NCBI RefSeq assembly: GCF_964204645.1
Contig: NC_134029.1
Location: forward strand, 6,324,001-6,388,000
DNA length: 64,000 nt
Reading direction: 5' to 3'
Source: Tubulanus polymorphus
Lineage: Eukaryota; Animalia; Nemertea
Shown here one piece after another: positions 11,562-22,606 of the stretch; position 1 is the stretch's first letter, and the number at the start of each line of letters is the position of its first letter. The notes below the pieces were generated by a model. That model had not been told where the DNA came from, searched no databases, and saw only the letters and a program-made list of their open reading frames with translations. The position numbers were made by a program, and so were the translations under genes.

Positions 11562-12012
11562 CAGTTACGGAGTTACAGTTTCATCTTCTTTCCTCCCACC
11601 CCTTAACTCTGGCATTAATTTTCAATTTTCCAAGTTTTGACTAAGAATTGATTTAATTTCTTCATTAATTTAATGCTTTGGTCCAACTACAGTACAATTT
11701 CAATATGAAATATTTGAGTTGATTCTCTTTCCAGTTTCATTAACAACATTTAAGTGTGTTCCTTGTCACTGACAATATTTTGAGTGTTTTCGTTACCCCG
11801 TACTTGAGGTACTTGAGCAGTTGAGGTTGTTTTCCCGAATCGCTATATTTCTTACTATGAAAAATTTAATCAAGCTGTGACGAGGCGTCCGTCACTTCGA
11901 TTTCATCTATTACATATATATCACGTAATACGTATTACATGTATTCTCTTTTCTCGACACGTAAAAGTATACATATTCTGATTCTTATTCATACCCTATC
12001 CCATCTGCGGTT

Positions 12013-12051
12013 CAAAATGCCGCCATTTTGTTTTTCCGGTATTACTTCCGT
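12013..12051 (+). promoter_or_regulatory. Housekeeping-type core promoter motifs of AGK (YY1, ETS)
   Basis: GCCATTTTG (YY1-like) at 12022-12030, with TTCCGGT and ACTTCCGT (ETS-like) at 12034-12051, about 100 bp upstream of the ATG. Confidence 0.5.
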
Positions 12052-12144
12052 TTCGCGGATGATTTCAACATTTCTTAAATTGGCCAAGCGACATTAGCCA
12101 ACAAATAATGTAAGAAATACATTTTATAAATCAACAAAACCACA

Positions 12145-15100
12145 ATGGCTTCAAAAGTAGTCAACGGTTTGAAAACTATACGGAATAACTGGAAAAAGAC
12201 AGTATTCGCTGCTGGGTTATCTCTATGGGGATACAACTGGTATCAAGGCAGATCTGCGTAAGTTTTCATTCGCCGGTTGTCAGTTAATTGTGGTGGTACT
12301 AATTACCGAAATGTAACGAATTTGACTTCAATTATTGAATAAACGCATAGGCTAAACGATATTCTCTTTCTTTTTACAGTGATGCCGAATTAAGAAGGCA
12401 ATATTGTTTAGAAGCAAAGGTACAAGATGAGAAAAGTAGAAAAGCTCAGCCCACAGGGACTTGACACAAAAGGATTTTGACCCCAGTATCCTAGACCTAG
12501 ACCTAGGACTAGGTACTATATATAAAAATACTGTATATATAGTACCTAGGATACTGGGGTCAAAATCCTTTTGTGTCAAGTCCCTGTGGCTCAGCCCTTG
12601 ACCTGAAATGAAATTTTGATATTCGGTAGAGCCTCTCCGCGAGTTGTGAATCAAATATTCTGGGCTAGGCTGGGTTTAGTTAGTTAACTAGGCTAATCGT
12701 TGGTGGTAAGCTTTTTATAATCGGATGGGCTTATACCAAATGTGGTTTGTGAAAATATCCGATCATGAAACTAAACCACGGACAGGTTACTGACTAGGCT
12801 GGGTTGATTTGATGAGAAATACTTTTTTGGTATATCCTCAGCTTACAACTATTTACATTTGCTTTCATATTGTAATATCATTTATTTCAGTCGTACGGTG
12901 ATGTGGGTTTAGGTCGCAGTCAGAGACCAACAAAAGTTACTGTCTTCCTAAATCCTGCCGCTAAAGATGGGTAATAAATTCTCCCCCTCATTCATGGATT
13001 TTCCGCTCTTTTTAGGAGCAATTCACCTCTGCATTGCGTTCTTCATTTTAGAAAAGCAAGGAAGTTGTTTGAGAAAAATGTTTTTCCATTGCTGTCCCTA
13101 GCCGGGTATGAAGTTGCAGTCATCAAGGTGAATAATCCAAGAAATTATTTAGTCTGTTATTGAGGTTTTGATCTGATTTCAGGACACAGTTAAGCAGTTC
13201 TCAATTAGATTTAACTGAAATTTTCAAATACTACCGATTATTCTAAATGAGTGATCAATTGTGCGGAGCCTTCGGTCATAGATCAATGATTCATTTTGAC
13301 TAATACGGTTTCTTTAGACTGAATATGAAGGCCAGGCAAAAAAATACATGGAAGCTATCGAAAAGGAAGATTGTGACATAGTGTTAGTAGCTGGCGGTGA
13401 TGGAACGTTGCAGGAGGTGAATATTGAATCGATATAAACGTCCCGAGACTGACACGTTAGAGACCGACCCCTTTTCCATGCGGGAATATTGAAAAATCAC
13501 TCATGAAATACTGGAAATTTTGAATTCATGTAACTGTGATAACATTAAACAATGTATAGGAATGTTGCTTTATGTAAATAGAGAATACAATCAATTTAAG
13601 ATAATCATTATACAGAATGTGAAAACGCAGTCAAATTCAACTCGATTTCCTACAAGATTGTCTAAACAATCATACCGGTATTGATTAAATTGCAGGTAAT
13701 TACTGGTTTGCTGCGGCGTAAAGATCTCGACGATAAACCTCTTTATAAAACGCTGCCGATCGGTATTTTACCTGTCGGTGAAACGAACAACTTCGCCAGT
13801 CTCCTCTTCGGGTACCACAGATCGAAGGAACACGTCAAGTATGTATTTTGACGAGGCGCCAAAACAATGATTAATGAATTGTATGCCAATGGCCAAGTGA
13901 TGAATCCACAGTCATTTATGCAATGTTAAAATTTTGATTCGAAATTGATTTCATTATCTGCAGGTTTTTAGTTGAAAGTACAATGGCAGTTATCAAAGGC
14001 GCTACAAAATTAGTCGATGTTCTTCATGTTCAGGTGAGATTTTTTTTTGGCAAGTTTAACCGAATACGAATCTAATTTTTCTCAACCCATTCAATCATGT
14101 TTTTAAGGGGGATGATGAAAAGTCGGTGTACGCATTGAGCGGCCTCGAATGGGGTAAATACAAAGAAACAGAAGAATATTACAAAGGGTAAGAATGAACC
14201 GATGAAACATATCGTATAAGTAGTTCTTGCTTTTGGGGTCATTATTGGTTTTCATTTATTATGTACGCATTAGGGGAGGGGTCAGTGCAATTGCGTACTG
14301 TAATGCTTAATGTATATGAAAAAATAGCCGATTTTGCATTCAGAGGGGGAGGGGGGTTGAAAAATTCAAATTTCATGCGTTCCAGTTATACTATCTACTC
14401 ACTTTTAATTCAATATCTTATACAATAGTAAGATTGATGATCTTAGAAACTAATTCTTCTTAAAAACCCTGAAAAATATGGAAATTCCTTTTCCTTGGTA
14501 GTATCTGGTTTCTAGGACCAATCAGGAGAAGATGGGCTTACATCAAGCACGCCGTATTCTCACGTGAATGGCCACTAGAAGTCGTCGCTGATGTTACGTA
14601 CAGTAATCCTTGTTCGGGCTGCAATAAATGCCGACAACCCCCCGAGTGGAAATGGTGGCATATACTTTCCAAGCCAAGATATGAAGGTGAGAAAATTTAT
14701 AATGAACAAGCTGAACCTGTTGTTATTGGTGTTCACCAAATCATACGTCCCAGTTTTCATGTACTGCAGATTTCTCTAAAGTGGTCAATGAAGACTGTGG
14801 AGTGGAATATAGCAGTAAGATCAATGGACTTCAATTTACGGCTAAATCCAGTAATTTCGATCCACAAGTAAGAAGAAAATACATGAAGGCCTATATGCGG
14901 GAATTGATTTATGCTGTTATTGTATGATATTACTTCATCATGTTTTCTTCAGAATGTTGCGAAAGCTATTGAAACAGAAGTCCATCCAACTTTATCTCGA
15001 ACAGCATTCATCCAGCAAGGGTATGTTTCACACAATCTAGCACTGTTGGGTCAGGGATGTTTTCGTCATGCTTTGATATATGGTATTGGGTATGTATATA

Positions 15101-15799
15101 CCCCCCAAACGCTTCTGCAGCCCAAAAGTGAGCCCATCCCGAATCAGGATGGTTGACCTGTGTGGCGATTGATGTTCAGCAGAATCAGCTTGATTTTTGT
15201 GATCGGACAGTTGATAGCATCCAACATAACATCAAAACTACAAAAAAAAGTTTGTGTTCACTTTCAGATGGAAGAAAATAGAGAAAAAACCATATGAATC
15301 ATGTGGTACTGAATCAAAGCAGAGAGTCGGCAAATTATCAATACAACCAGAAGTAAAACAAGTGAGTTATTGGACTGAAGTCATTTTCTTTTTGCTGAAA
15401 TGTTTATATATATATATATATATATTGATGACTACACCATGTATTATTTAAGAGGTAGTGGTAGTGTGCACTACTCATCAAAATAAACAATTAGAATTGA
15501 GGATATTGCCATTCATTTTGTGATTTTCACGACTCTTATTTCTGTTTAATGAATTTTCATGTCCTTTTCATAACAAATTTTCATCAACAGCCAGGATATT
15601 AGTGTTCAAGGAATGAAGTGTTATCAAATACTGCCTTGTATTAAAACCCTTTACCAATGAATCATTTTAATCCTTTTTGTAGGAGGCAGAGGAATGGTTT
15701 CACATCGATGGAGAACAATTCGAAGCTAAACCGATTCAAATATCCGTACTTAGGGATAAACTGCATTTCTTCTGTCCACCTCAACCAGTGGGTAGCTGA
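12145..15799 (+). CDS. AGK: Acylglycerol kinase, mitochondrial (13 coding exons)
   Basis: The spliced translation [105 protein letters not shown] matches AGK hallmark motifs. All introns are GT-AG and phases are consistent. Exon starts ~12145, 12380, 12891, 13052, 13318, 13696, 13964, 14108, 14502, 14770, 14953, 15269, 15683. TGA is at 15797-15799 and AATAAA at 16034. Confidence 0.95.
12452..12588. mobile_element. 137-bp foldback MITE with 8-bp TSD (P- or hAT-type) in AGK intron 2
   Basis: Perfect ~43-bp TIR cacagggacttgacacaaaaggattttgaccccagtatcctag. An exact TSD GCTCAGCC lies at 12444-12451 and 12589-12596. Confidence 0.9.
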
Positions 15800-17248
15800 T
15801 GATGGCTAACATTTAGTTTAAGGATACTATTATAATTGTAATGTCATAAGTGATTTACTGCCAAAAACCAACGCACTGCCTCATTCTTAATGAATATTAC
15901 TAATAGGGTAGAGCAAAATATTCTGGTACAATGTACAGATGCTGTATTGTTTTTTTTGGGTGGTGCTCGAGAATACTAATGTGTTAATGCATACATATGT
16001 ATTGTGTATTTCACGTGTGTATTGTTGTAAGTGAATAAATTGCCATTAGGATATAAAAAGTTTCTTTTCAATTTTGTTTTTATCGATCCGGATATTAACA
16101 ATTCGAAGATTAATCTTTGAAGATGGTCTTTTCCGCTGTTAGATTTTATTATGCGAAACCAATAAAATCGAACCTGATGGCATTGAGACTCGTCACATCC
16201 TCGCTTGCCAGGGGTCTGATATCACTCCCGAACTCTCTTCAACCAAGGGTAGTATCAGCAGGGCCTGAGCGTGCATTTTAGCAAGCAGTGTTTATAGTGT
16301 GTATTACACTCTTAATTACAGTGTACAGTATACTGGGGAGTGAGCGTAACAGTCTATTGAAATGGACTCGCGTGGGCGCAAAGGCATGGTCAATCAACTA
16401 CATGTATTCAATGAAACGATACTGACTGCAGATGTATACGTAAAATATATTTTATTAGATTTTCAGAAGCTGAGACATGGAATTGCTTCTCCGTAAATAT
16501 GCTATCGTCCAGTGATTCCATAAAATATTTTCGGTCAGCACTTTTTACAGGGTTGGTCGGAACCCATGAACAAAGGTAATCTTTGGCCTAAGACTAGAGA
16601 AATCTAATCCAGGACTCTATGAGATTGCCATAGGTACTAGTTTAGATACTAAATAAAATAGCCTAATCATATTTATAACATATTATAAGCGAACCACCCA
16701 TGTACAGTAAGTACCTAGTCGAATGAAATGCTTGCCATTTCGTTTTTCAATTGAGGTTTCTCCATAATTTGCTGAAATTCCTGAAACAAAAACTTTTTCA
16801 ACGAATTTTAACAAAGCCAACCGTGTCATCGACAAAGGTTTTGCATGTCCTCATTTAGGCCCAATACCAAATGAAACAAATGCCCACATTCACCCGATTT
16901 TACATAAATGGCTCAATACCAACTCTACTATCGCTAACAATATCCGTAAACCAACAAAAAGGCTTATTAACAATAAAAAGATATTAAGAAAAAATTGTCA
17001 AAATGCAACGTATATATAACGAATTTGGGTTCATTGTTCATTGAGGCACATAAAAGAATAGAAACATTAGATATGTACATGTAAAAACTTCCTCGTATAT
17101 AAATCATGAAAGACATGCTTAGTCACTGGTATATACATGGTTTTCCAATTTTTGGTGAAAACTAGTGGATTCGTATGGAATCCAAAGATAGGAGGAAAAT
17201 TTCACTCTTTTTAAATGATTCACCAATCTATCGCTACCATACAGGGCT

Positions 17249-17861
17249 GGGTACTTCTAAAGTACGAAACTACGAAATTAAGAAATATGCAACAAAATTA
17301 CGAATTATGAAACGAAATTATGAAATGCAAAACGAAAATCAAGAAATGCTAAAGTACGAAACGAAATGGTCATTTTTTCGCGGGTCCTGCTTAAGTATAA
17401 AATGTAATACGAAACGAAAATTTTGTAATTTTTGGCGCTATAGCAACGGATTCGTGGAGCTGGCGTAAACATGCGCACCCGGTTTAGTGTGGCAGGGTTC
17501 CGTGCCGCGACTGGGTTTAGCGATGCCATCAGGGAGAATGATCTGCGCATGCTCATATACAACTGGAAGGTAGCGATTAATAAATTACGGGTTAGAGAAC
17601 GAAGTGTGCCTTAAAATATATCCTGCAGTGTTTTGGCTAAAAAATTGATACCTCGTTTCTCCTCTGCTGAGGAGCTTAAAAGTTGAGGGCGTGTGTTTGA
17701 AATGTGACCATTTCGTTTCGTATTTCGGTTCGTATTTTAGCACTACTGGCAAAAAAATTTCCATTTCGTAATTTCGTAGGTTTGTAATTTCGTTTCGTAA
17801 TTTCGCTCCATATTTCGTAATTTCGTTTCATATTTCGTAGTTTCGTACTTTATCAGGACCC
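17249..17861. mobile_element. 613-bp non-autonomous DNA transposon with 9-bp TSD (Mutator-like)
   Basis: TIRs gggtacttctaaagtacgaaactacgaaat and atttcgtagtttcgtactttatcaggaccc, with subterminal acgaaa(t) arrays in mirror orientation. An exact TSD TACAGGGCT lies at 17240-17248 and 17862-17870. Confidence 0.85.
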
Positions 17862-17866
17862 TACAG

Positions 17867-18849
17867 GGCTCAGTTTTATAGACCAGTAATTCCTTTAACC
17901 CGGGGGCTAACTCATTGAAAATGAATTAAGTTAGTCCCTGGATTTAAGGTAATACCAGTGACTGGTTCACAGTGGTCATTGAAAGTCATGAAATGGGAAT
18001 GGGTCAATTCAAGGCCTTGAAAGTCGTTGAATTGCCTCTAAAGTCATTGATTCATGATCATAAACATCTTTATAACTTGAAAAAAAAAAAATTCATGGTC
18101 ATGATCATTGATAGCGAATAGATTTTGAAGTTTTTAGTCACAGATAATCTATAGCTTCGGCATTATACATTATCAGATCTGATCATTGTATTGTTAGGTC
18201 TAGTTCACACTTGTCTTAATTTATCTCAACTACAATGAAGACAATGATTCTGTCTGGTTAATGCAAAAATAATGGTAACACACTGTCTAATTTATATTCC
18301 AATTGAATGTAATTTGCTATAGGCAAAACGTTAAGCATGATCCTTCATGATCCATGAGTGGGCTGCTTGTGTTCTCAATGACTTTTTCATTTGAAATTAG
18401 CAGTTGTACTAGTTTAATTATTGCTGAGATAAATTTTCAAATGGCTTTTACTAGATCAGTCATTAGTTATCATCTGAAGGTCAAAGTTGCAAGTTCACCG
18501 TTACAGCTTTTAAAATCAACTGATCATAAGAATGCCTGGAAGATGTAGATTTCAGGATTCTTGGCCAATGGATTGATAAATGTGAAGATGTAAGGGAAGC
18601 CAGGCGTAAAATATGACATCGAAGTTTCAGTATTAGTAACATGGGAGAAGCTAACATTTCTACCAAATATATTTCAAAGTATTTTGATCTAATACATTTA
18701 ATAGTCAAAGTCAGCTAGTTGTGATCTATTATTGTCAATTTGATCAACGAATCGGGTCATTGAATTGGGGGCAAAAAGGTGCTTGAAAGTCATGGAATGA
18801 GACTAGTCATGGAGACTATGAACCCTGTGGCAGTCAATAAAACCGGCCC
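17867..18849. mobile_element. Harbinger-like MITE interrupted by a ~870-bp hAT-like element (~17961-18827)
   Basis: Outer ends ggctcagttttatagac and gtcaataaaaccggccc are flanked by CAG and CTG. The inner element ends ctatgaaccctg and has gtcat(t)ga(a) repeats at both ends. Confidence 0.5.
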
Positions 18850-18874
18850 CTGCACATTATCAAAAACTACGGCA

Positions 18875-20738
18875 CTAAATCATTTTTAAAAAATCAAGGG
18901 TCCGACACAGCGGTTTGAACGTTTGTAAATCGGACCACATTTCTAACCATCGAGACTTCGGTAGTCCGTGATACGATATAATATCTTTGAATTCGCAACT
19001 ATTCGGCAAAGTCGACTGAATATCGGCTTCTATGAGGTGATTGTCGAGATGAACGACGTCGGCAGCGCGTCCGAGAATCCCCGTCACGTAAACATCCTCC
19101 ATCCGAAACATCGGGAATCGTTTGTGGAATGAATATAAGCGTCTGGTTAACGAATTCGTCCAGGAGTAGCCGCCGCCGATGCAATAATTCGGATAGAAGG
19201 TCTCCGGCCATTCATCGTACGACACGTAAAATTTACTATTCCTATACCGTTTCGGGATACTGAGATACTGTACCCGACACAGGAAGAACTGTCGATGCAG
19301 CTTGTAAGTTTCTTCCAACGAATTCGCCAAGTTCGGTATATGAACGTATACGTCGTCGTCGACCTTCATCGCATATTTCGCGTCTGGGCAATACTCGTTC
19401 AACCAACGCAACATCAACACGCTTTTCATCGTTAAATTCCAGTATGTATCGCGAAAGTCTGCCTGTACGATATCGCCGTACGTTTCCGCTTCATTCGCCA
19501 ATCCGTTCGGCGAAGTACCATTACCGGGTTTACCCATGAAAAACACAACTTTGTACTTGTCGTTTTTCCACTGGGCCCACGATCCCCTGATTAGCTGCCG
19601 TTGTTCATACCTTTTCACGGCACTGATTACGATAACGACTATTTCTACAAAACTGTTCGAACAAACGCCGATATTAGGCATAGAAAATTCAAAGCCATCA
19701 ACCGATTTCGGATAGGGAGACTCGAGGCTTCTACGCGTAGGAGTTGGTCCATGGTTAAATGGTATCATAAGAATCAACAATAAGGAGAGTCCGCATGCGG
19801 TTACAACACAAATGCAACGAATTCTCGCGGGAGTGACCTAAAAATAGAGGAGATGGTAAATATCAAAAATATAAAGTCTTTGCTTCAAGCACAGGGGCTC
19901 GTCACATTAAAATCGAAGCTACCACTGTCCTATGAATCACCTGTCGACTAGGCCTAGGCCTACCTGATCTCAGTCAATTAGGCTAAACAAAAATGATACC
20001 TTGTTTCTCCGCAGCGGCCAGGTCATTTTTGTAAAATATGATAAAATTTATAAACAGTTCATTTCTATAGCGGCCGGGTCTGTTATGGTGAAATTGATCA
20101 CGATTTTAAAAAAAGTAATGTATAGGGTAGATAGGCGGCCGGCCGGGTCAACATTTAAGCTCAGCAGAGCGGAGAAACAAGGTATCAATTTTTTTTGGCC
20201 TTAATCAAATTAGTATTACCGGTAACTTTTTCATTGATTGATCGAAAATGGCACCAAATACCACATTCCCAGGAAAACACAAGACGTTTTGTGCGTGTGT
20301 GTGTGTGTGTGTGTGTGTGCGTGATAGGTTTAATGCAGGACTTTATTTCACACATCCACTTACCGGTATTCGTATTTACATGCCAAACATTTACATGCCA
20401 AACAATGTTCACACACTATTAGATAGCATATATACCAACCTCATATTTCATATATACACGAAATATATTATGAATTATATATTTATATCACAGACACCAC
20501 TCACAGAGGCTTTTCTCCACAGAGGCTTTCACATAATGCTGGGGGTCCCGAATCAAAGCCTAGGTATCACCCTAATAGTCCCCTTTTGTTGTAGTATGGT
20601 ACCTAGAATACTGTTTTCGATCTTTAGGACCCTCCGCATTTTGTTACATGCCCCTATGCCCAGATTTGACAAATTTCAGCCCCCCTACAAAATAAATCAA
20701 GTATACATGTAAACATATACCGATACCTTGGTGTGCAT
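18875..20738 (-). CDS. GT31 family beta-1,3-galactosyltransferase-like type II membrane glycosyltransferase
   Basis: Main exon 19837-18875 has R..IR.SW, EAETYGDIVQADFRDTYWNLTMKS, the DxD motif KVDDDVYV, YPNYCIGGGY and EDVYVTG. The AG acceptor at 19839-19838 adds a hydrophobic anchor (ICVVTACGLSLLLILMIPF). The probable start exon is ATG CAC ACC AAG|GT at 20738-20727 (less certain). Confidence 0.9.
19981..20200. mobile_element. 220-bp MITE with TTAA-like target (Kolobok-like)
   Basis: TIRs ggctaaacaaaaatgataccttgtttctccgc and gcggagaaacaaggtatcaattttttttggcc, flanked by atta and ttaa. Confidence 0.7.
20290..20323. repeat. (GT)n microsatellite
   Basis: Direct observation. Confidence 0.95.
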
Positions 20739-22373
20739 GTCTAATGCCCTCTTGGTTATCTCATGAACCTGTCATACCCAGCAATAATAGTTCACTTATC
20801 ACAGCAGAGACCATTTGCCTATTGCCAATCTTATCTTATCTTCACAATTGATTTATCATGATAGGTGTAGCAAATTCCTAATGTATTAGCCTAGATTAGT
20901 CTATTCCTACGTGTCCAGTTAGTAGAATTGTGAAAAATGTAGCATTTTATCATCATTCTTTGACACACTTTGTTTACACCACTGAAAAAAACACTGGTGG
21001 CATGTTATTCCTGGTTTATTCCTACTGTGAGACAATTGACAAACGATTGAAAATTTCCAAGACCAACGTTTATTACAAACTGATGTGATGATGATGATGG
21101 TGGATACAGAAATATGAAAATATTAAAAAATGAATCATACATACAGTGGCGCCTCCTGGATAGTGCTGACGAGATTTCTTATAAAAAACGATCTAATTAC
21201 ATCAGTATCAAAAGGTTAAATAGTACAATCGTACAACTTACAGAACGTTTCCAGCTGCGTGTAATCATCTTCTCAGATAGAGAATTTAGGAGTGATAAGC
21301 GAGATTCACATTATAAATCACTAACAAAAAAATGACGATGGCGCGTAGTCGTAGCTACGCTACGCATTCTACGGGAAAAACTCAGGCAAAAAGCTGTGCG
21401 TGGATCAAACCAAGGAAAAATACTGAAATAGGACCGCTCCGGCGGGCCGGTAAAAAGTAAAAATCCTGTGAAACTGTAGCCTTTTGTATCTCCTTTGTTT
21501 AAGAAAAAAAGCATTGATGGCATTTGATTTACCAACACTTGTGGCAGTTTTATGTGGACTTTCTTCCAGTGGCGTCTTTTAATCCGATGGCATTTTCACA
21601 GTACACATTCCACGTCTTAAATTCGCTGCAGCAGACGGCAATAATATGGTGCGGGTTAATTCTTACCATCGGATTTTACGCACAAACTTCTAATTCTAAT
21701 CGCGTAACGCCTACATGGCTTAGATCGGTGTCATTAAATTTGCCTAAAATAGCTATGTCCACCCTGATTTTCACAATATTTGTTCAGGTGTTGGTTGGTA
21801 ACCAGTATCAGTACCGCCAGTGTATGCCGTAGAATATATTGTAATCTGGATGCCATTATTGGGCATGTGCCCTTTCAATAGTTTACCTTCTCCATTATTG
21901 GCACATAGCCTCTGGATTACCAGTTAGCGTATATATCATCCCCTTGTCCAATCGACTGTATAGTTTATACGTCCATGTACTGATGTAGCATACTACGATC
22001 TTATTTCAGAGACGCCCTTGATCGAACTGCACAAATTATAGAGAGAGCAGCTGCTGCTGAGCTGTATAGATGCCGCATTTACAGATGGACTGCCTCGAGC
22101 ACAGCGGGTTCACAACATTCGGCCTACAGTGTGCGTGTACTGGATTTTCGATTTTGGATAAAATGTGAACGTCGTTTGGTTATTGCTCCATCGGTCGATT
22201 ACATTGCTATTTTTACTCAACTGCTTAACATCTATTCATGTAAAAATAAGTAGTAGTTACATACACTATTTCTACGACAACTCAGTGATATTCATAGAAA
22301 ATTCGACGATTGGCAGATTGACGAAGTTAGTTTGACGAAACAACGGAAGTGACGAGGAGTTACGACAGCATCA

Positions 22374-22585
22374 TGTCGAGAACGACATGTGTTGGTTCTC
22401 TTATATGATTCGTTGATGTCTCTCTTATATGATTGGTTGCTGTTTCGCGCCATGTGTACTATACTGTAACCCTATACTGTAGTAATAAAGTTAGATGCTG
22501 TTTAGATTCACAAAATACAACACGCTCTTCGACTTTACTCCTTCGGATCTGGTCAACTCTCTGTGGTGATAGTCACTCCACCACA
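22374..22585 (+). repeat. 5' LTR
   Basis: tgtcgagaac...ccaccaca; contains AATAAA; identical to the 3' LTR. Confidence 0.97.
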
Positions 22586-22587
22586 TT

Positions 22588-22605
22588 TGGTGCCGTGACC
22601 AGGAT
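22588..22605 (+). other. Primer-binding site complementary to tRNA-His 3' end
   Basis: TGGTGCCGTGACCAGGAT lies 2 bp after the LTR. Its reverse complement ATCCTGGTCACGGCACCA matches the tRNA-His 3' end with CCA. Confidence 0.85.
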
Positions 22606-22606
22606 T

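Noticed and set aside
15040-15245. Possible H/ACA snoRNA in an AGK intron
   Set aside because: There are some stems and an ACA, but no convincing H box. An Infernal/Rfam search would be needed.
16170-16275. tRNA/SINE or 7SK-like GC-rich patch
   Set aside because: No clear A/B boxes or cloverleaf could be built.
22433-22606. N-terminal 58 aa of the 1798-aa ORF
   Set aside because: It starts at TTG inside the LTR and crosses the PBS. The likely start is ATG 22607.
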